A stretch of 56,140 nt of DNA, filler included, from Jimgerdemannia flammicorona (lineage: Eukaryota), in the NCBI GenBank assembly GCA_003990765.1. It is 3 parts of 3 records of this genome, joined end to end, with 100 filler letters (N's around TTAATTAATTAA, not from the genome) between each part and the next. Parts side by side here need not be neighbours in the genome. Positions count along the whole stretch, not along the records: positions 37,497 to 56,140 come from RBNJ01002151.1; 2 more parts are not named here. The stretch is one strand, 5' to 3'. The translations under genes were made by a program, and so were the position numbers. Below are positions 52,861-56,140 of this stretch, piece by piece. The notes below the pieces were generated by a model that was not told the DNA's origin, made no database searches, and saw only the letters and a list, made by a program, of their open reading frames with translations. Each line of letters begins with the position of its first letter. Position 1 is the stretch's first letter.

Positions 52861-53285
52861 ACTATATACCAGTAATAAATAATTATGAAACATTTTTATA
52901 ATAATAAAAATAAAGTAGAAAAACAATGTAATATACATATCTTTCTATATCTCTCTCTTTAAGTATTATGTTATAATTATTTACTAGTTCTTCTTCTTCT
53001 TCTATATTTGAGATTTTCTATCATTAAGACTTATGTATCTACATTTTTTAGTTTCTTATATTTTAAGTATGGATAAATAGTATTCTTTTAGTATATATAT
53101 TTATAGTTATTTTATAGTTATTACTTAGTTATATTATATTCTTATATATTATTAGAAGTATTGAAATTTCTATTATTTTGATATCTTAATAATATAGCTT
53201 ATATATAACTACATATATTATCTTTGAGTTATATTACTCAATTTATAAATATATACTATTTAGAATAATAATTAATACTTCTCTA

Positions 53286-53290
<5 letters not shown>

Positions 53291-53337
<47 letters not shown>

Positions 53338-54200
53338 GATCTGAAGTCTCACAGATTTTATTAAAAGAGAACCTAGACTATATAGGCCACCACCCACCAA
53401 GCACTATACTCTCATTAAACTTAGGCTAGTTATTATCTAGTAGCTCAATCATATCAGATATAGTAGAACAAAATTGCCTACATCTCATTCTGTATACCAG
53501 GCTCTTTTTACTACTAGAGAGTAATAAATATATACTTTTAGATATATACCTGAAACTCTAATATATATATAAGGCTATATTTGAGCTAATTTATATAGTC
53601 CCACTATCCTAAGGAGAGTGATAGATAAAGAAAATCCTCTTCAAAGTACAGAATGGTAGGTAGGACCTAGTTCTCTCTAATAAGATAAGTAGAGAACTTA
53701 AGAGGAGACCTCTAATACTCCACTACTCAAGCCTATAGATCTTGATCATATTATTATATCAGTTCTCAGTTCCAGTTGAGTGCAGTCAAGATATCTGATC
53801 TAGATAGCCTTGGGTCTCCAGATCACCTCTAATGACTGGGGCCCAACTCTATAAATTACCAAAAGTAGCTAAGAGTGATACTTACTATCTAACTATCCTA
53901 TATCAATCAGAAGACCTCACTGATGCAGTACCTGCCTCAGCTCTGATGACTACCCCCAGTCTGATATCTTACTGGTCTACTATAATTATCCTTTCTCTTA
54001 TCTGTAACAGCCATCTCTCTTCTCATCCCAACTCTATCTGAAAAGCAGTCACTTATACTAGAACTATACTTACTAAGAAGCTCACCAAAGCTCAGAGAGT
54101 CCCACTATAGATACTGAAGATCTGTAGATAATCTATACTAGTACTTGATAACCAAGATTAGCCAACTTCATATATAGCCTATGATATACTAGATGATATC
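53291..54200 (-). mobile_element. Possible 3' end of another, older poly(A) retroelement
   Basis: ~44-nt poly(T) on + with a minus-strand AATAAA about 25 nt upstream of the tail. No clear protein motif; extent uncertain. Confidence 0.4.
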
Positions 54201-54841
54201 TTATTGATAATAATAAAAGAAAAAAAGTACTATATCAAAATAGATATACCCCAGACATAGCTAAAGATATCAGAAACTGTAAAAAAGTAGAGAAGACACT
54301 AATCTGATACTAATAAAGGAGTAACTCATCACTATTGCCTCCCTTCTACTGCTCTTCAATAGATATAGTAAATCAATCTAAGATAAAGAAAGTATAAGTT
54401 ACATATAAAAAGGGGACTCAGAAGGTTGTCTATCAAATCTTGTAACCAGTAAGATAGCAGAGAAAAGAGTATCTCTCTTCTCTTTATACTATATTCCAAC
54501 TAAGATATAATAAAGTTTATTTATTAAAAATATCTAATATAATTATGTTAATATATAAAATAAAATATAATTAGTATATATATTAATATAAGTTGAGATT
54601 TATATATTGTTTTATATATAGTATTTATAATATTTATTATTTATAATATTTATTATTCATAATATTTATATATAGTTTATAGTAAGTATTATTTATAAAT
54701 ATAATAGGTTTTTAATTGAGAAGTATATAGTAGTATTAAGAGTATATATTCAATAGTAGTTTTATTTTTAGATATATTTTACATAGTATATATATCTCTT
54801 CTTATTATATTTAAGTTAAATCTCATTTACTTACTATTTAT

Positions 54842-56140
54842 TGTAATGGTGACCCCAGAATGATGACATCAGCACAGGAGACAGCCTTTCTTTACAAGCC
54901 ACCAGATCAGAGTACAAGAAGATCATACGGCATGCGAGATGAGCAACGATGACTAACTGTGAGTCATTGTGACTACAGCACAAGCATCCTGAAGAATATA
55001 AAAGAAGGATCAAGGAACCGCAGTAGCAGCAACCAACAAGAACCCCAATCCCAAAATAGCTCAAAGACTTACCACAAACAAAATGCCTACTGCCCGCCAA
55101 ACCTCAAGGTCAAGGAATCATCAAGGTATCTCGGTTGAGGAAAGGATGTTTCAAGACATCAGAAGAGCCATGAGGACCCGCTCAAGAAGGACTCCTAGCG
55201 TCAACCTAGGTACTGCAGACCCTTATCACTTTATCCTCTACCACCGTGAAATGGAAACAAGGATCACTATTGCCACCGAATGCCTCCAAATGTAGCAGGA
55301 ATACAAAATAGAAAACCTCCTCTGCCGGGAGTTCCTACAGGCCAGCCCTCAAGAGCTACAAGATGCCACCCCCATAGACCTACGTGAGGCAAGGACAGCA
55401 AAGAAGATCCATCAGATCTTCAGACATGCACCATGGTCGATCCCCAACTTGGAGTATGTTAGAGTCTCAGACTTCAGAGACCTGTCATCCCACTGCATCA
55501 ATGCACTAGAAGCCAGGGTAGCTACAGAAGTCCAGTCCACCATCACTCTCAATAGCGAAGAAGTAGAAGACTTCTGGCACCCTATCCTTCAGGATGACCC
55601 AGACCAATTCCTGCAAGGATTGATCTCAGTATTCCAAGGCCCAAGCATCCGGGTTAGATCCCCCCAAGACCCCACATTTGTCCCCTATTTTGTGGAAGAG
55701 AACCTCATAGACTGGAGAGCTCCAGACCTTGTTCCCGATTTCCCCGCCACACCCGAACGTGATGACGTCATCGATGATGTCATCCCGCACAACATCGAGG
55801 TATGCGAAAATGATGAAGTACACGAGACGCGCGACCTACATGACGAATTTGTGGACCTCATCTCCTTCAGTGATGATGATGATGATGAAGCTCCCATGAT
55901 CCTGAACTTTCTGCTCTAAAAAGTTCTTTGTTATACTGGATAATGCCAGCACTGGTATTCTGAGGTGACGTGAAATTGTTCCAGCACCGGTATTCTGATG
56001 TGGTACTAAATAATGCCAGCCCTGGAACTCAGTAGTTTTAGTTATTGGAATTTATATTTAGCTTTATATCTTAGCAACCATTGAATTATATTTTGTATAA
56101 ATACCTCTCTTATTTCCTCTGAAATAAAGTCAGTCAAGTT
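54842..56140 (+). mobile_element. Younger family D-type LTR (runs off the window)
   Basis: Starts TGTAATGGTGACCCCAG after unrelated AT-rich DNA. Homologous to 43507 and 50799 with CpGs retained. TATAAATA at about 56096, AATAAA at about 56123. Confidence 0.9.
55083..55919 (+). pseudogene. Unknown 278-aa ORF within the family D LTR U3, single internal stop at 55293-55295
   Basis: ORF-track 55083-55295 and 55449-55919 are one frame joined through a TAG that is TGG in the 43507 LTR copy. Homologous peptide at 44300-44638. Confidence 0.75.

Noticed and set aside
54500..54841. Extremely AT-rich tract as organellar insert or replication origin
   Set aside because: Better explained as end-stage C>T-mutated repeat DNA like the neighbouring Copia remnant; no organellar gene motif.

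Overview
Eukaryotic, almost certainly fungal (short GT-AG introns with CTRAC/CTAAC branch sites, chromovirus), transposon graveyard with no recognisable host gene and two scaffold gaps. Nearly everything is nested and decayed by C>T/G>A transitions at CpG and CpA. It holds L1-like LINEs (one full length, with TSD), four copies of a dUTPase-bearing Ty3/Gypsy chromovirus (family B), a tandem LTR-sharing pair plus a younger LTR of a second dUTPase-bearing Ty3/Gypsy (family D), and fragments of two more LTR families, a Ty1/Copia and a probable Ngaro/DIRS gag. A hAT DNA-transposon family appears as a MITE, an old end, and a large copy with an intron-containing transposase. Highlight: the large hAT copy (13642 to the gap at 18650) carries, convergent with its transposase, a spliced cargo gene whose last exon shows a 2OG-Fe(II) dioxygenase signature (N..HxD...GG...HHGT) resembling TET/JBP-like enzymes, a possible transposon-borne DNA-modifying or anti-silencing module. 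Also notable: both Ty3 families have unusually long LTRs (about 2.0 and 1.6 kb) that each contain an unexplained sense ORF upstream of the TATA box. All calls come from manual reading and translation; no searches were run.
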